DNA of 64,000 bases from Escherichia phage vB_EcoM-101112UKE3-1, in the sequence record MZ234013.1, one strand, 5' to 3'. Below the pieces are notes generated by a model. That model was not told where the DNA came from, did not search any database, and saw nothing but the letters and a program-made list of their open reading frames with translations. Position 1 is the first letter of the stretch, and each line of letters opens with the position of its first letter. Positions 30,078-41,892 of this stretch are shown piece by piece. The translations under genes were made by a program, and so were the position numbers.

Positions 30078-30734
30078 TTATTTAGCCCTTCCTAATATTC
30101 TGGCCGCCTGAGAACATATTGATTCAAGGCGGTCATTACTTATATGATCATTTCTATACCAGTACATGGTTATTGTTCCAGCATAGATATTATCCAAATT
30201 GAAATATGGACAACTGTACATGTAATTTATTTCGGGAGTAGGCTTTTTGGTTGGTAAAAAAGCAAATTTTGAGTCGGAATAATAATGACGTCCATTTAAA
30301 TGAACTGTATATTCATCCATAGTTTTATCAACAGGATATCCTCCAAGTGATTTTTCACTTATTGTTGAAGGTAATTTTCCTTCATATGCTATAATATCAA
30401 CAAAGTAGTTTAAGTTTTTAGGGCGGAAAGAATACACCGCACTAAAGTCTGCCTCAGATGATATATGAACTATCTGGAGTTGTTCCAGGGCGACAGATTC
30501 AAAGCGTGCATTTCTTTCCTTTTCAATAATTTCACTGTATGTTTCATACTTTGATTGCTTATAGTACTCAAAGAAACTATCTCCCCTATACCAAACAATC
30601 GCCATTATAAACAAAAGAATTACGACAGCCACTCGGGAAGCAAGAACCTTCCCGGTAGCGTTATCTTTGAACAAGCGATCTAGAACACCAAATAGAATAT
30701 CAGAGGGCGAAAATGATATTCTAGGTGCTGCCAT
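30078..30734 (-). CDS. t: holin T, 218 aa
   Basis: 218 aa; N-terminal TM segment; sequence matches T4 holin. Confidence 0.9.
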   Translation of the reverse strand: MAAPRISFSPSDILFGVLDRLFKDNATGKVLASRVAVVILLFIMAIVWYRGDSFFEYYKQSKYETYSEIIEKERNARFESVALEQLQIVHISSEADFSAVYSFRPKNLNYFVDIIAYEGKLPSTISEKSLGGYPVDKTMDEYTVHLNGRHYYSDSKFAFLPTKKPTPEINYMYSCPYFNLDNIYAGTITMYWYRNDHISNDRLESICSQAARILGRAK

Positions 30735-30764
30735 AGACCCTCCTTTTAAGGATATTTATTCAAA

Positions 30765-31544
30765 TTATACTCTTGGACCGTATATTGCTCCAACATTTTG
30801 CCATGTTGGAGCGGACCCTATGACAGCATAACCAGCAGCTCCGCCGTTATATTCTGCACCGTTACCATGAGTATTACATCTTCCTCCAGCAGCACCAACG
30901 TTACCGCCCGCACCGCCTGTATATGCACTAAGAGACCCATTACCGACAGATCCTGCACCCGGAGCGTAAATGGTGCCAGCGGTTGCGCCTGTATTCATAC
31001 CAATAGATCCGCCAGGTGCACCAAACGGACGCCCACCGCCGCCGCCAAATACTAGTCGACCCCTGTTACCGCCGCCACCGCCGCCACCGCCGCCTGCAAT
31101 AGCTCCACCATTATTAATTCTTAGTCTCCCACCAATATCGTTTTGAATACAATGACCTCCAGCTGAGCCAGGACTATCCATACCGCCATTACCGCCACGT
31201 CCATACATCGTTACGCCGTGTATATTCAGCTGAACATATTCATTCGGTGTATCTCCATACATGAAGAATAAAGGAACATCTCTAGAATATGATACTAAAT
31301 CACCTGTAATATTAAACACTATAGGTGCATTACCTGCCTCAAAACATCTATCTCGGAACCATTGACCATTGAAGTTATGGTCTGCTCCAAGCGTGTGAAT
31401 AATTTCTCGTGAGCGACCTGCAAATTGACTCATCCAGCAAGGAACACCCAATCTTAATTGACCAGCCGCTTGACTCATCCAGCGCTGACCCGTTTCATTT
31501 ACGGATGAACTTCCAATCCAACCGGGAACACCAACTACTGCCAT
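30765..31544 (-). CDS. 38: gp38 long-tail-fibre adhesin (T2-type, glycine-rich motifs)
   Basis: N-terminus [13 protein letters not shown]...; multiple poly-Gly motifs with intervening variable segments; immediately downstream of gp37. Confidence 0.85.
   Translation of the reverse strand: MAVVGVPGWIGSSSVNETGQRWMSQAAGQLRLGVPCWMSQFAGRSREIIHTLGADHNFNGQWFRDRCFEAGNAPIVFNITGDLVSYSRDVPLFFMYGDTPNEYVQLNIHGVTMYGRGGNGGMDSPGSAGGHCIQNDIGGRLRINNGGAIAGGGGGGGGGNRGRLVFGGGGGRPFGAPGGSIGMNTGATAGTIYAPGAGSVGNGSLSAYTGGAGGNVGAAGGRCNTHGNGAEYNGGAAGYAVIGSAPTWQNVGAIYGPRV
31033..31095. repeat. low-complexity GCC/ACC repeat encoding poly-glycine of gp38
   Basis: ccgccgccaccgccgccaccgccgcc run on + strand. Confidence 0.8.
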
Positions 31545-31576
31545 AATTATCTCCAAAGGGGCAAAGCCCCTTGTTG

Positions 31577-34561
31577 TTAGAATTTAAAATAATTACTAAT
31601 TTTGCGAGCAATTTTAGTGAAGAAAGGCGTTTTTAATTCTTTAATTTCTTCGCTCATTTCTTGGATAGCCTTAATTAAAAGAGCATTTACAGCGGAGTTA
31701 GAAATTGTCAGAACATCAGAACCATCAACTTCAACTTTAGACACAGCTTCCGGTAATTCCTTTTCAAGGTCCTGAGCAATAATACCAACTTCGCGTTTAA
31801 TAACACTACGGTCTTTAATAGACTTAACCTTATCGTAAATATAAACTTTCAGTCGGCATACTTTTTCAAGTGCTCCGTTTTCTAGCTCTTTTTTATTAAT
31901 CTTAAGACGACCATCGGAACGAATATACACATCGTTAAAGTTACCATTACCAGGAGAATAGAAAGTACCGTCGTAATGAAATTCAAATACCGCGTTAGGG
32001 TGTCCAGTCGCTGGCGATGCCTCTGCAGATCCAACACGAATAATTGCTTGCCCCCAATTGTTAGGGACACGACGAATACCAAGATCGACGGCAGTTACAA
32101 ACCCTTGATTGGTGATTACACTTTTTCCTTTAATAATTGGATAATAACAATCCTGTGAAACATAACCATGATCGACGAATAATGGAGCTTCTACTCGCCA
32201 TTGGTTGCCCCAATCACCCGGTTGTCTAGCAATCCATCCAGAACCGTTAATGTGTACACGATCGCGGTTAACGTTAACCATTGCGATATTTTGTGGATTT
32301 AGCGAAATCTCACCATTGTTTGTGATATGTACTGCCGCCTGAGTAGCATAGCTATAAAATGCTAGCGAATTATCAGCACCACTCTTACCAATATACCAGT
32401 TACCACTCCCGTCTACGTCACCACGAATATACAAAGCATTACCAGCAGTTGTTGATAATACAATAGAATCACCCGGACGTTTAATAATCAATCTACCTTC
32501 GGATTCAACTTCACCAAAGAATTTAGTTTTAATTGCACCAGTCGCTAAAGTACGTTCAGTGGAAAAATGAACGCCTTTGCTGTCTTCTAACTGAATAATG
32601 TTATCGCGCGCATTATTACTATCACCCCAATGGTTAAATTTAAAATAATCTCGTGATCCTAAACGTCCGGCATCAAAAGTCATCAAGCCTTTTATATTAA
32701 TATCACCACCAAAAAATGCGGTGAGAGAATCGCGTTTTAATTTTAAAACGTTAGCACCACTAGTACCACCCAAAGTAACATCACCAGTTCTTAATTCATA
32801 ACGGAAAGGTCTATTTGTATTAAAGTTTCCATCTTGATCATTTTCGTCGGTGGAAAGAATATAAAGACTCTCTCCATCATTACGGAAAATTGTACCAAAT
32901 TTTCCGCCATACATACGGAATGCATTAGATGAGCGGAATTTAACTTCTGTTTTAAATGTGGTAGTGTTATTAAGGTTAACAGTAGAGTTAAAATTGGTAG
33001 GAGCACCGAAGTTAACAGCACCATTAAAATCTTGTTGAGCTGTCCATGTGTGGCGACCATCTTCAAGAACAACACGGCGGACTGTGCAAGTTCTATTTCC
33101 AGAATTACCGAACACACGAACGACAAAATAACGGTAGTTTGTCTGGGATACAGTACCGCGCCAAACCTGAACAGTACGCCCTGTGCTAGTATGTTCACTA
33201 GGACCAACGGAAAACATAACCAGGTTTCCGTCAATCGTCCCCCAATCCATATTTGCTGGCATGTTCTTTATTTTGTTCAAAGGAACGCTAAACATACTAC
33301 CAGGAACAAAATCAAAGGTTTGCCAATCTAACTCCGCTAATTGAGCTTTAATACCACCCATACCCAAAGTAATTGGAAGAGAATAAGATGTATATACTTC
33401 GTTCCATGCACCCCACGCACCACCAGTATATGCACGCTCAAAAATACGATCGCGAGTAGTTGCACCCGTTCCGGCAGTAGTAAATTTTTGGAAAATAGCA
33501 CCACCAGAAGCACGCTGTTTAACTTCCAGCAAACCAACAATAACGGCTGGTAAACCTTCACCAGTAGGACAGTTAATAACGGCATCAGTGCCTAAAATGT
33601 TATATAACCCAGGAGTTTTAAAATCATTCAGATCTCCATCATAGAAAGTCGCTGGTGTGCCATGACCAACCTGCTTCCATTCCTCCCACTTAGGTGCACT
33701 AGCATCCCATGCAGCAGCGAGACAACGAGTATAAACCATACCCATGCGGGTAGTATAACGCTGCGTTCTTGTGTATAAACCACCTTCAAATATTTCTAAA
33801 AATCCTTGTGCGGCTGATCCTTCTTCTGGATAATGGCGATCAAATGATGCGATTGCGCTTGAACTGTTTCTCCATAAGCCACAATGTTCTAATTCTCCCA
33901 AGCTATCAAGGTCAATCGTTTGTGAAAGTGGACGAGTTGACGCTTGAACATTACGCCACACACCCCATGGACCATCGACGCCATTCCATTTAGCAGATAA
34001 GGAACGAATATAGACGTTACCAGATCTTACAGTATAACGCTGAGTGCCAGCAAATTGGCCGGCCACAAATACTTCTAGTACACCTACGGCATTTTCTTCT
34101 GGGAATTTATTTGCTGGTTGCGCATTTGTTGAAGTAGATTTCGACCAAACACCAAGATATTCTTCAATGGGCCCATACGTATCTAAATTAGCATCAGTAG
34201 GTAATTCGCCATTATTTTTTATAAATGTTGTGCTATTGACATTTATGTCAGATGGAGTTAAGGTAATGTCCTTTGACCCATCAAAAGATATACCATTAAT
34301 TTTCCTAGGTGTTTGCAATTTAGTAGCTGTGCTAGAATTTCCAATTAAAGTCCCAGTTATATTTTCTGTAACCTCTAAAGACCCATTTATAGTTCCTCCA
34401 TATTTTAAACCTAATTCTATAACACTACCTGAGTCATCTTTTGTGAAAATTGTTTTATCTTTTAAGTTTATAGCCAATTCACCTTCGGCTAATACTGAAG
34501 CAGCAGGACGTTGACCTGCAGTTTTGCTTCTTTTAAATTGTATTTGTTTTAAAGTAGCCAT
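31577..34561 (-). CDS. 37: long tail fibre distal subunit gp37, 994 aa
   Basis: Sequence matches T-even gp37 N-terminus; gene order 34-35-36-37-38. Confidence 0.9.
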   Translation of the reverse strand: MATLKQIQFKRSKTAGQRPAASVLAEGELAINLKDKTIFTKDDSGSVIELGLKYGGTINGSLEVTENITGTLIGNSSTATKLQTPRKINGISFDGSKDITLTPSDINVNSTTFIKNNGELPTDANLDTYGPIEEYLGVWSKSTSTNAQPANKFPEENAVGVLEVFVAGQFAGTQRYTVRSGNVYIRSLSAKWNGVDGPWGVWRNVQASTRPLSQTIDLDSLGELEHCGLWRNSSSAIASFDRHYPEEGSAAQGFLEIFEGGLYTRTQRYTTRMGMVYTRCLAAAWDASAPKWEEWKQVGHGTPATFYDGDLNDFKTPGLYNILGTDAVINCPTGEGLPAVIVGLLEVKQRASGGAIFQKFTTAGTGATTRDRIFERAYTGGAWGAWNEVYTSYSLPITLGMGGIKAQLAELDWQTFDFVPGSMFSVPLNKIKNMPANMDWGTIDGNLVMFSVGPSEHTSTGRTVQVWRGTVSQTNYRYFVVRVFGNSGNRTCTVRRVVLEDGRHTWTAQQDFNGAVNFGAPTNFNSTVNLNNTTTFKTEVKFRSSNAFRMYGGKFGTIFRNDGESLYILSTDENDQDGNFNTNRPFRYELRTGDVTLGGTSGANVLKLKRDSLTAFFGGDINIKGLMTFDAGRLGSRDYFKFNHWGDSNNARDNIIQLEDSKGVHFSTERTLATGAIKTKFFGEVESEGRLIIKRPGDSIVLSTTAGNALYIRGDVDGSGNWYIGKSGADNSLAFYSYATQAAVHITNNGEISLNPQNIAMVNVNRDRVHINGSGWIARQPGDWGNQWRVEAPLFVDHGYVSQDCYYPIIKGKSVITNQGFVTAVDLGIRRVPNNWGQAIIRVGSAEASPATGHPNAVFEFHYDGTFYSPGNGNFNDVYIRSDGRLKINKKELENGALEKVCRLKVYIYDKVKSIKDRSVIKREVGIIAQDLEKELPEAVSKVEVDGSDVLTISNSAVNALLIKAIQEMSEEIKELKTPFFTKIARKISNYFKF

Positions 34562-34569
34562 AAGTCCTC

Positions 34570-35220
34570 TTAATAATAGCCGAAATCTTGAACAGAATCC
34601 TTCATTACGATTTGGTCAAATCGTGGAACGTGTGAAGGTTGAGATGCAGGATTCTGTGAAAAAAGGTTTGGCGCAGTTAAATTTCCTGTCATAGTGTCTC
34701 CAGAGCGTAATACCCTAGAGTTTGCATTTGCTGTAACAGTATTTATTGCTCCATCAACATAATCTTTACGAGTAACATCAGATGCTGCGGAAGGAGTAGA
34801 TGTAACAGTTACAGATGGAGCCGTTACAGCTTTGGTAAATGTTGTCAAACCTTCTGGCGTAATCGTAATTTGTCCAGTAGTGATTTCACTACCTGCTGGT
34901 CTAAAACTAATACCGCCAGAAGAGCCACCAACTACAAGAGTATTACCAGTGCCGCCACCAGAACGAATTCGGATGGGGGTTTCATTATTACTTAATTGAA
35001 GATAACTATTTACCCCGTAATTAATAGTAATTGGACCGGTGTAAGTACCACCATTAGCTTTAGAAACGAAATCGTTATCAGCTGCCTGCGGTTTATTATA
35101 TTCTGAATATATTTTAAATGATTTGTAGAGTACATCGTCACCGGCTGAATTCAATGGAAAATTTCCTTGATGCCAAATGACAGATCCACCCACAGTTGAA
35201 CCTACTTTTAAATCAGCCAT
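34570..35220 (-). CDS. 36: long tail fibre distal connector gp36, 216 aa
   Basis: Size and position. Confidence 0.85.
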   Translation of the reverse strand: MADLKVGSTVGGSVIWHQGNFPLNSAGDDVLYKSFKIYSEYNKPQAADNDFVSKANGGTYTGPITINYGVNSYLQLSNNETPIRIRSGGGTGNTLVVGGSSGGISFRPAGSEITTGQITITPEGLTTFTKAVTAPSVTVTSTPSAASDVTRKDYVDGAINTVTANANSRVLRSGDTMTGNLTAPNLFSQNPASQPSHVPRFDQIVMKDSVQDFGYY

Positions 35221-35243
35221 TATATGCCCCTTTATTTTAATAT

Positions 35244-35251
35244 TATTTATA
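35244..35251 (-). promoter_or_regulatory. T4 late promoter TATAAATA (minus strand) upstream of gene 36
   Basis: Exact box on minus strand. Confidence 0.5.
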
Positions 35252-35279
35252 AAGAAAAAGGGAACCCGAAGGCTCCCTC
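35252..35279 (-). terminator. intrinsic terminator after gene 35 (GGGAGCC-TTCG-GGTTCCC + U tract on minus strand)
   Basis: Hairpin plus U tract. Confidence 0.6.
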
Positions 35280-35282
35280 AGT

Positions 35283-36398
35283 TTAAACTTCTCTAAATTC
35301 CTGTCCAAACACTTTGCCAGTTTTAGAAGAGGCTTGTGTAGGAAGTACCATTATATCTGGAGGTGAAGCCGATTCACAGACATAATTAACGCGAATACCG
35401 TTGACGCCAAATTCTGCAGGTTTTGAAATGCCGCCATTTCTTGATACTTCAGAAAAACTTAAATTTCTCATGCCGCCTTGACCTGCTTGAGCAGTTCTTT
35501 GTGCATATATCGTAAATCCTACTGCATTTTCAGGAACAACTACATAATCTTCTTTTAATTCCCAAGACCCAGCTTGCCCAGTAAACTCAGCTTGGGTCGA
35601 GGAAATATATCCATTTGATGCATCATAAAAACGAATAGATATATTTGTAGTTCCAAGATCAAGTAAATCAGCATCAGCATATAGTTGTGCTTTAAGATAA
35701 AGAACATCACCAGGAATTAAATTGTAGTCAGAAAGTTTACTTATAGCAGCTGAAGTTGGCAATCGCGCAATTTCATTATTAGTTCCTCCAACCGCAGACA
35801 TAAATTGCTCAACGCTTTCGTATGTTCTTTTAGGAAATCCTGTAGCTCCGACGTCTTCTAAACTATCAAATACAACATCTAAAATAGTTTGATAATCATC
35901 TGTGCTTTTTCTATTACTTAGTTTAACATGCTCTAATGCAATAGCTCTTTTAGAAGAAGTATAAAAAGCAGCATATGACACGTCAAATCTTGACAATACT
36001 GAATCTGATGGAAAAACTGAAGTTCCTGCTCCCCTTAACCAAGATACCACTTCAGGAGGAAAATTAACCTTTCCGCTAGTTAATATAGCAACAAGTCTAT
36101 TGTTTGACAAAGAATTCATGAAACTGACAAAAGCGGCAGATGTTGTATTGTTTGAAGCAGAAAAAGCATATGACTTACTATCAACTAATGCTCCCGTAGA
36201 AGGGTCAAAAACTCTTAAATGAAGACCTGCACTAAATGTTTGATTTCCAACGGGATTATCCTGAAATTTAACATACGGTCCTGCGGTAGAAAGCGGGCAA
36301 GAACCCGCTATGCTTATTTTATATCTTACTGAATTGCTTTCCGATAAAAATGGCGTTTGGACATATCCTTGTCCAAACTCTGCCATAAATTTTTCCAT
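35283..36398 (-). CDS. 35: long tail fibre hinge gp35, 371 aa
   Basis: Sequence matches T4 gp35 N-terminus. Confidence 0.85.
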   Translation of the reverse strand: MEKFMAEFGQGYVQTPFLSESNSVRYKISIAGSCPLSTAGPYVKFQDNPVGNQTFSAGLHLRVFDPSTGALVDSKSYAFSASNNTTSAAFVSFMNSLSNNRLVAILTSGKVNFPPEVVSWLRGAGTSVFPSDSVLSRFDVSYAAFYTSSKRAIALEHVKLSNRKSTDDYQTILDVVFDSLEDVGATGFPKRTYESVEQFMSAVGGTNNEIARLPTSAAISKLSDYNLIPGDVLYLKAQLYADADLLDLGTTNISIRFYDASNGYISSTQAEFTGQAGSWELKEDYVVVPENAVGFTIYAQRTAQAGQGGMRNLSFSEVSRNGGISKPAEFGVNGIRVNYVCESASPPDIMVLPTQASSKTGKVFGQEFREV

Positions 36399-36406
36399 AA
36401 TACCTC

Positions 36407-39400
36407 TTATTCAACCCATTCAAATTTAACAGTTTTATTCACTGGGTCAGGAATAATGCGAACATTACCAATTCGCAAGAAATCGCGAATAGTAAGATTA
36501 CCTATTATTCCATTATCAGATGGGATCGCTCCTATATCTGAAGGTTGAGGAGGGTTACCTCCGTCAAATACCTGAACAAAACTTGACCAAGAGTTTTTGG
36601 TTTTCTGCCATGTACGTGTCCAGCGAGTGGTACGTGCTTCTGGGGTCGTTGGATAAGTAATCCAATCTTGGTAAAGTGAATCAAGTGTGTTACCAAACTG
36701 AGTCAATGTACCAGGAGATTTAACTTCTTCACCACGTTCTAAGTATGGAAGTCCAGTCACTTCATTAGTTTTTTCAACCATTTTAAAATAACCCGGGAAC
36801 TGGTTATAAGTGGCTGAATCATTAATATCGATTGACCAGAATCCTACTGTATCAGATGTTGGCGCACGGGTATATAAATCAGAGGTTTTAGTACCCTGAG
36901 AACGAATTCTCGAGTTAACAGTCAAACCACCCGAACTTATAGTAGCACCTTTTGCAATGATTAAGCTTTCACCAATCGTTACTTGGCCAGATGCATTATT
37001 AATAGCTAAAGGACGCAATCCATTAAATCCGCCAGTTTGATCACCCGATGCAGTAAGCATAAAATTCGTTACTGACCCGTCATTGCGAACAATGAAACCA
37101 TAATTTCCGCTAATAGCACGGAAAGCATTTGCGCTTCGAGAAATAATTTCACCAGTTGCAGTGACTGAATTACCAAATGTTGCTACACCATTTGCATTCA
37201 ATGTTCCTGAAGCATTAACATTTATCGGTGTTACTGTACCGTTGATATTAAATGTTATATTTCCAGCTTTATTACGCTGAGAATAAAAATGACTAGACGT
37301 TTCATCACTAACTTCAAATACGGTAGAACGTGTTGTGTCTGATTCCCCGCTAAATTGATTTCCCCACACTCTGACTGTCATCGTTTGAGCCGGGTTTGTT
37401 CCAGTTTGAGGTCCTTTCTCAAAAATCAGACGAGTTGCCGTTCCAGTATTAGAAATAGTTAATGTACTATTTGCTGAAACTGATCCACCGAATGTAGCAG
37501 TACTAGATGATACAAGAGGGGCACTCAGATTCGTTTGTTGGGTTAAGGTTAGTGAACCATTAACTGTTTGTGCAATGTCCCTACGAATGAACTGGAGCGA
37601 ATCTAGACCATCTAATAAATTACTATCTACAGCTTTTGCTTTTAATGGCAAATAATTTGCTAATACGCGATTTAATTCATATGGTGATACTGCATAACCA
37701 TTTTTCTCATATGATTCTAATGGCTGTGTTGAACCTACCGTATCATTACCAACAAACGTTAATGAACCAGAAGAAGTTTTAACAAACCCTCTTATCAGAG
37801 TAGTTGCTGCCCAAGTTGGTTCACTCTGCACAATCCATTTTAAATTTTTTGGAGATACAGCAGTATTTGCTGACGTTCCAGTCACAGTTTCAGACTGAGT
37901 TGCAACTTTAATAACACCTTCTTGCGATTCGGTAGATTTAGTACCTAAAAGCTTTTTAGGAGTTATTAAAACATTATCTAATGTTCCTGCAGCAGCTTCA
38001 ACTTGTGTAGCTACACGAAGTGTACCACGCTGTGTCTCATTTGCTTCAAGAATATTAAGGGTATAATGGTCCCAGAGAGTTCCTGATTCAACTAATCCAG
38101 ATAGAGCAACAACAGAAGTACGATCAGTACTATTAAATCTGGTTTTAATTTTTAATGGTGTAGAGATACGAGTATCGTCGACGCCTGCGTCGAATTCAAC
38201 CTGTGTAGCAATTTCAGCTATACCACTTAAACTTTCAGTTGCTCTACGGTCATTTAAAGTTTTAGGAGTGACTGCACGAGTATAGTCAGTTCCTGTATTA
38301 ACTTCACTTTGCGTAGCAATTTCAATTAAACCAATTCTTCCATCAGTTGATGTCTTTTTATGTAACGTTTCTGGCGTTACAACCGCATTTGCCCATCCTT
38401 CTTGGCTTTGTCCAGCAATTACTTCACTTTCAACTGCTAAAATTACTGCGCCTTGTTGCGTTGGAGTAGCTTTATACTGATCCAAAGCTTTAGGTGAAAC
38501 AACTAAATTATTAGTGTTTTTATTATAAACATTCGTACCATTTAATTCACGACTAGAAGCTGGAGTAGCTCCTGCGGTAGATACAAAAGTTACAATACCA
38601 GATAATGATTCAGAACCTTGGCGAGCTTGAAGCTTTTTAGGAGTAATGATTGTAGTATCATCAGTACCTGTATTAGTTTCCTGCTGCGTAGCAATTTCAG
38701 CGACACCTCTGCGAGTTTCTGTAGCAGTTCTTTCATTCAGCTTTTTAGGAGTGATGATAAGGTCATCTGCAAAAGAGAATGCGGTGTTCTGATTCACTTG
38801 AGCAGTAGTTGCTATTCTTGCAATACCTCTGCGAGTTTCTGTAGCAGTACGATTAGCTAACGTTTCTGGAGTAATTGCCAATTCTTTTTGCGGAGAATTT
38901 TCTAAATCAGCATTTGCTTGAGCTTGTGTAGCTAAAGCAATTACGCCTAATCTTGCTCTAGTAGAATTATTTAAAGAATCGACTCTTTCAACTGTTGGAA
39001 CGTTTTGCTGTACAACCCAGTATTTTCCATCAGAATCTTCTATATAAGCAAGTTGCAAAACTTGTACATAATCAGTTTCACCGTTAAAAACTAATTCTTG
39101 AACTGTTACCCATTCAGCTTCAGGCGGATATTCTGAACGTTTTGGGAATTGCAGCAATTGAACTGAAGAAGCAATTTTATCTTCACCAGCAGCTTTGATT
39201 TTAACTGTTTGTCCTTTTCTCATGTAATTCATGGAAATTTTAACAGTATCACCAACAGAAATATCAGTCGGAAGCTGAAGTTCAATTGTTTGGGTTGTTC
39301 CATTATTCGCGCCAAATACCATGACTTCTTCATTTGGACGAATATTTGAATTAGTTGTTATAATGCGTAAACGTGCTTTACTATCCCCGTCAAACAATCT

Positions 39401-40276
39401 CCACAATTTCTCATTATCGTCAAACATCAAGAAACCGTCAATCGATGTACGGCCTTCAATGGAATGAGTTCCAACTTCTTGTACTGAAGTCGTTTCATCG
39501 TATGTAGTAACAATTGTATGATAAAGTGGATTCAGTTTATCTAAATCAACGAAATTAATAATATCGCCATGATTAGCAAATCTCGGAAGTTTAACATTAA
39601 TTGGTGCAGCAGAAGTAAATCTACGTACGATAAAATCATTAGATTGTGCTTGATATGCAGTCGATGGAGTAACAATCGCAGCTTCTCTGCTATAATCAGC
39701 AATATACATTTGCCACAAACGATTATTAAAAATGAATACCATCTGTGACTTTGGATGAGTCATTAAAACTGAACGTACCTGTTCACCTCTAAAATTGACA
39801 ATACTCTGATTTGAAGAATTTATTTTAACCTGATTTATGCCAGGTTTTCCACCGATATCTTGAATTATTACGGTTTCTCCATCAAGCGGAGAAGGTGGTA
39901 AAGTAAACTCAATGTCATTGCCAACTGATGTATCTACTGAAATTGCTTCTCCGGATTTTAATTGATATGGTCCAGATGATACGGTTGTATATACGGCATC
40001 AGTACGTAATGCTTTCCAACGAATTCTATTAAAATTTCCAGCAGGTTTTGGAATATTATCCGTTGCTGCCCAAAAACGATTATTATAAATGATTACAAAA
40101 TCTTTTAAATATCCACGAGTTGGATCATATTGCTGAACTGTGTTTTCTTGAATTAAGTAATCAACGTTAACACCGTCAGTTCCTACGGTACGATCAGCTA
40201 AAGCTACGTTGATTATTTTATCGCCACCTGCGTCCAGACCATCTTCTGCTCTGAACTTTCTTTTAATCTCGGCCAT
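36407..40276 (-). CDS. 34: long tail fibre proximal subunit gp34, 1289 aa
   Basis: Length 1289 aa as T4 gp34; sequence match. Confidence 0.9.
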   Translation of the reverse strand: MAEIKRKFRAEDGLDAGGDKIINVALADRTVGTDGVNVDYLIQENTVQQYDPTRGYLKDFVIIYNNRFWAATDNIPKPAGNFNRIRWKALRTDAVYTTVSSGPYQLKSGEAISVDTSVGNDIEFTLPPSPLDGETVIIQDIGGKPGINQVKINSSNQSIVNFRGEQVRSVLMTHPKSQMVFIFNNRLWQMYIADYSREAAIVTPSTAYQAQSNDFIVRRFTSAAPINVKLPRFANHGDIINFVDLDKLNPLYHTIVTTYDETTSVQEVGTHSIEGRTSIDGFLMFDDNEKLWRLFDGDSKARLRIITTNSNIRPNEEVMVFGANNGTTQTIELQLPTDISVGDTVKISMNYMRKGQTVKIKAAGEDKIASSVQLLQFPKRSEYPPEAEWVTVQELVFNGETDYVQVLQLAYIEDSDGKYWVVQQNVPTVERVDSLNNSTRARLGVIALATQAQANADLENSPQKELAITPETLANRTATETRRGIARIATTAQVNQNTAFSFADDLIITPKKLNERTATETRRGVAEIATQQETNTGTDDTTIITPKKLQARQGSESLSGIVTFVSTAGATPASSRELNGTNVYNKNTNNLVVSPKALDQYKATPTQQGAVILAVESEVIAGQSQEGWANAVVTPETLHKKTSTDGRIGLIEIATQSEVNTGTDYTRAVTPKTLNDRRATESLSGIAEIATQVEFDAGVDDTRISTPLKIKTRFNSTDRTSVVALSGLVESGTLWDHYTLNILEANETQRGTLRVATQVEAAAGTLDNVLITPKKLLGTKSTESQEGVIKVATQSETVTGTSANTAVSPKNLKWIVQSEPTWAATTLIRGFVKTSSGSLTFVGNDTVGSTQPLESYEKNGYAVSPYELNRVLANYLPLKAKAVDSNLLDGLDSLQFIRRDIAQTVNGSLTLTQQTNLSAPLVSSSTATFGGSVSANSTLTISNTGTATRLIFEKGPQTGTNPAQTMTVRVWGNQFSGESDTTRSTVFEVSDETSSHFYSQRNKAGNITFNINGTVTPINVNASGTLNANGVATFGNSVTATGEIISRSANAFRAISGNYGFIVRNDGSVTNFMLTASGDQTGGFNGLRPLAINNASGQVTIGESLIIAKGATISSGGLTVNSRIRSQGTKTSDLYTRAPTSDTVGFWSIDINDSATYNQFPGYFKMVEKTNEVTGLPYLERGEEVKSPGTLTQFGNTLDSLYQDWITYPTTPEARTTRWTRTWQKTKNSWSSFVQVFDGGNPPQPSDIGAIPSDNGIIGNLTIRDFLRIGNVRIIPDPVNKTVKFEWVE

Positions 40277-40310
40277 TCTCCCGGGCTCCTATTGTGTTTT
40301 CAATAATAAG

Positions 40311-40318
40311 TATTTATA
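40311..40318 (-). promoter_or_regulatory. T4 late promoter TATAAATA (minus strand) upstream of gene 34
   Basis: Exact box on minus strand. Confidence 0.55.
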
Positions 40319-40321
40319 CCT

Positions 40322-40351
40322 GTTTACTTTAAGATTTAGATAGTATATAAT
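40322..40351 (+). promoter_or_regulatory. T4-type early promoter for rnh
   Basis: GTTTAC then 18 nt then TATAAT. Confidence 0.55.
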
Positions 40352-40380
40352 AGAAATCTCACTAATTGAACGAGGTTCAT

Positions 40381-41298
40381 ATGGATTTAGAAATGATGCT
40401 GGATGAAGATTACAAAGAAGGAATTTGCTTTATTGACTTTAGTCAAATTGCTCTTTCAACTGCTCTGGTAAACTTCCCAGATAAAGAAAAAATTAATTTA
40501 TCAATGGTTCGTCATTTGATATTGAACTCAATTAAGTTTAATGTCAAAAAAGCAAAAACGCTTGGATACACTAAAATTGTACTGTGTATTGATAACGCGA
40601 AATCTGGATATTGGCGTCGTGATTTCGCGTATTATTACAAGAAAAACCGTGGAAAAGCACGAGAAGAATCTACTTGGGACTGGGAAGGTTATTTTGAATC
40701 CAGTCATAAAGTTATAGATGAATTGAAAGCTTATATGCCATACATTGTTATGGATATTGATAAGTATGAAGCAGATGACCACATTGCTGTTCTTGTTAAA
40801 AAGTTCTCTTTAGAAGGACATAAGATTTTAATCATTTCATCGGACGGTGACTTTACTCAACTTCACAAATATCCAAATGTTAAGCAATGGTCACCGATGC
40901 ACAAGAAATGGGTTAAAATTAAAAGCGGTTCTGCTGAAATTGATTGTATGACTAAAATTCTTAAGGGTGACAAAAAGGATAACGTTGCTTCAGTTAAAGT
41001 ACGATCTGACTTTTGGTTTACCAGAGTTGAAGGTGAACGAACTCCTTCAATGAAAACTTCAATCGTTGAAGCTATTGCTAATGACCGTGAGCAAGCTAAG
41101 GTGCTTCTCTCAGAATCTGAGTATAATCGTTATAAAGAAAATTTAGTTCTAATTGATTTTGATTATATTCCTGATAATATTGCTTCAAACATTGTGAATT
41201 ACTATAATTCATATAAATTACCACCGCGTGGCAAAATTTATTCATATTTTGTAAAAGCGGGTCTTTCTAAATTAACTAATAGCATTAATGAATTTTGA
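40381..41298 (+). CDS. rnh: RNase H (5'-3' exonuclease, FEN family), 305 aa
   Basis: Sequence matches T4 RNase H. Confidence 0.9.
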   Translation: MDLEMMLDEDYKEGICFIDFSQIALSTALVNFPDKEKINLSMVRHLILNSIKFNVKKAKTLGYTKIVLCIDNAKSGYWRRDFAYYYKKNRGKAREESTWDWEGYFESSHKVIDELKAYMPYIVMDIDKYEADDHIAVLVKKFSLEGHKILIISSDGDFTQLHKYPNVKQWSPMHKKWVKIKSGSAEIDCMTKILKGDKKDNVASVKVRSDFWFTRVEGERTPSMKTSIVEAIANDREQAKVLLSESEYNRYKENLVLIDFDYIPDNIASNIVNYYNSYKLPPRGKIYSYFVKAGLSKLTNSINEF

Positions 41299-41306
41299 GG
41301 TGAATA

Positions 41307-41576
41307 ATGGCTAAAAAAGAAATGGTTGAATTTGATGAAGCTATCCATGGCGAAGACTTGGCTAAATTTATTAAAGAAGCATCTGATCATAAACTGAAAA
41401 TTTCCGGTTATAATGAACTGATTAAAGATATTCGAATTCGTGCTAAAGATGAACTTGGCGTTGATGGTAAGATGTTTAATCGTCTATTAGCTTTGTATCA
41501 TAAAGATAATCGTGATGTGTTTGAAGCTGAAACTGAAGAGGTAGTTGAACTTTATGACACAGTTTTCTCTAAATGA
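41307..41576 (+). CDS. dsbA: dsDNA-binding protein DsbA, 89 aa
   Basis: Size and position. Confidence 0.8.
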   Translation: MAKKEMVEFDEAIHGEDLAKFIKEASDHKLKISGYNELIKDIRIRAKDELGVDGKMFNRLLALYHKDNRDVFEAETEEVVELYDTVFSK

Positions 41577-41892
41577 CATTCGTCCGGTCGATGAGACCGG
41601 TCTTTCAGAAAAAGAACTTTCAATCAAGAAAGAAAAGGATGAAATAGCAAAGCTTCTTGATCGTCAAGAAAATGGATTTATTATTGAAAAAATGGTAGAA
41701 GAGTTTGGAATGAGTTATCTTGAAGCTACAACAGCATTCTTAGAAGAAAACTCTATTCCTGAAACTCAATTTGCTAAATTTATTCCTTCGGGTATAATTG
41801 AAAAAATTCAGTCAGAAGCCATTGACGAAAATCTTTTACGTCCTTCTGTTGTTCGTTGTGAAAAAACTAATACATTAGATTTTCTGCTATGA
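41554..41892 (+). CDS. 33: late transcription co-activator gp33, 112 aa
   Basis: Sequence matches T4 gp33. Confidence 0.85.
   Translation: MTQFSLNDIRPVDETGLSEKELSIKKEKDEIAKLLDRQENGFIIEKMVEEFGMSYLEATTAFLEENSIPETQFAKFIPSGIIEKIQSEAIDENLLRPSVVRCEKTNTLDFLL

Noticed and set aside
30798-31055. 85-aa plus-strand ORF antisense to gp38
   Set aside because: Generated by the GC-rich glycine-codon repeats of gp38; no SD.
33032-33331. Plus-strand ORFs (here and at 33341..33553, 33769..33993, 34044..34514) inside gp37
   Set aside because: Antisense to the tail-fibre gene, which matches a known T-even protein; chance frames in a long gene.
38618-38860. 80-aa plus-strand ORF inside gp34 with a repeated SASFCSS motif
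   Set aside because: The internal repeat mirrors the repeated domain structure of gp34 on the opposite strand; no independent expression signals.
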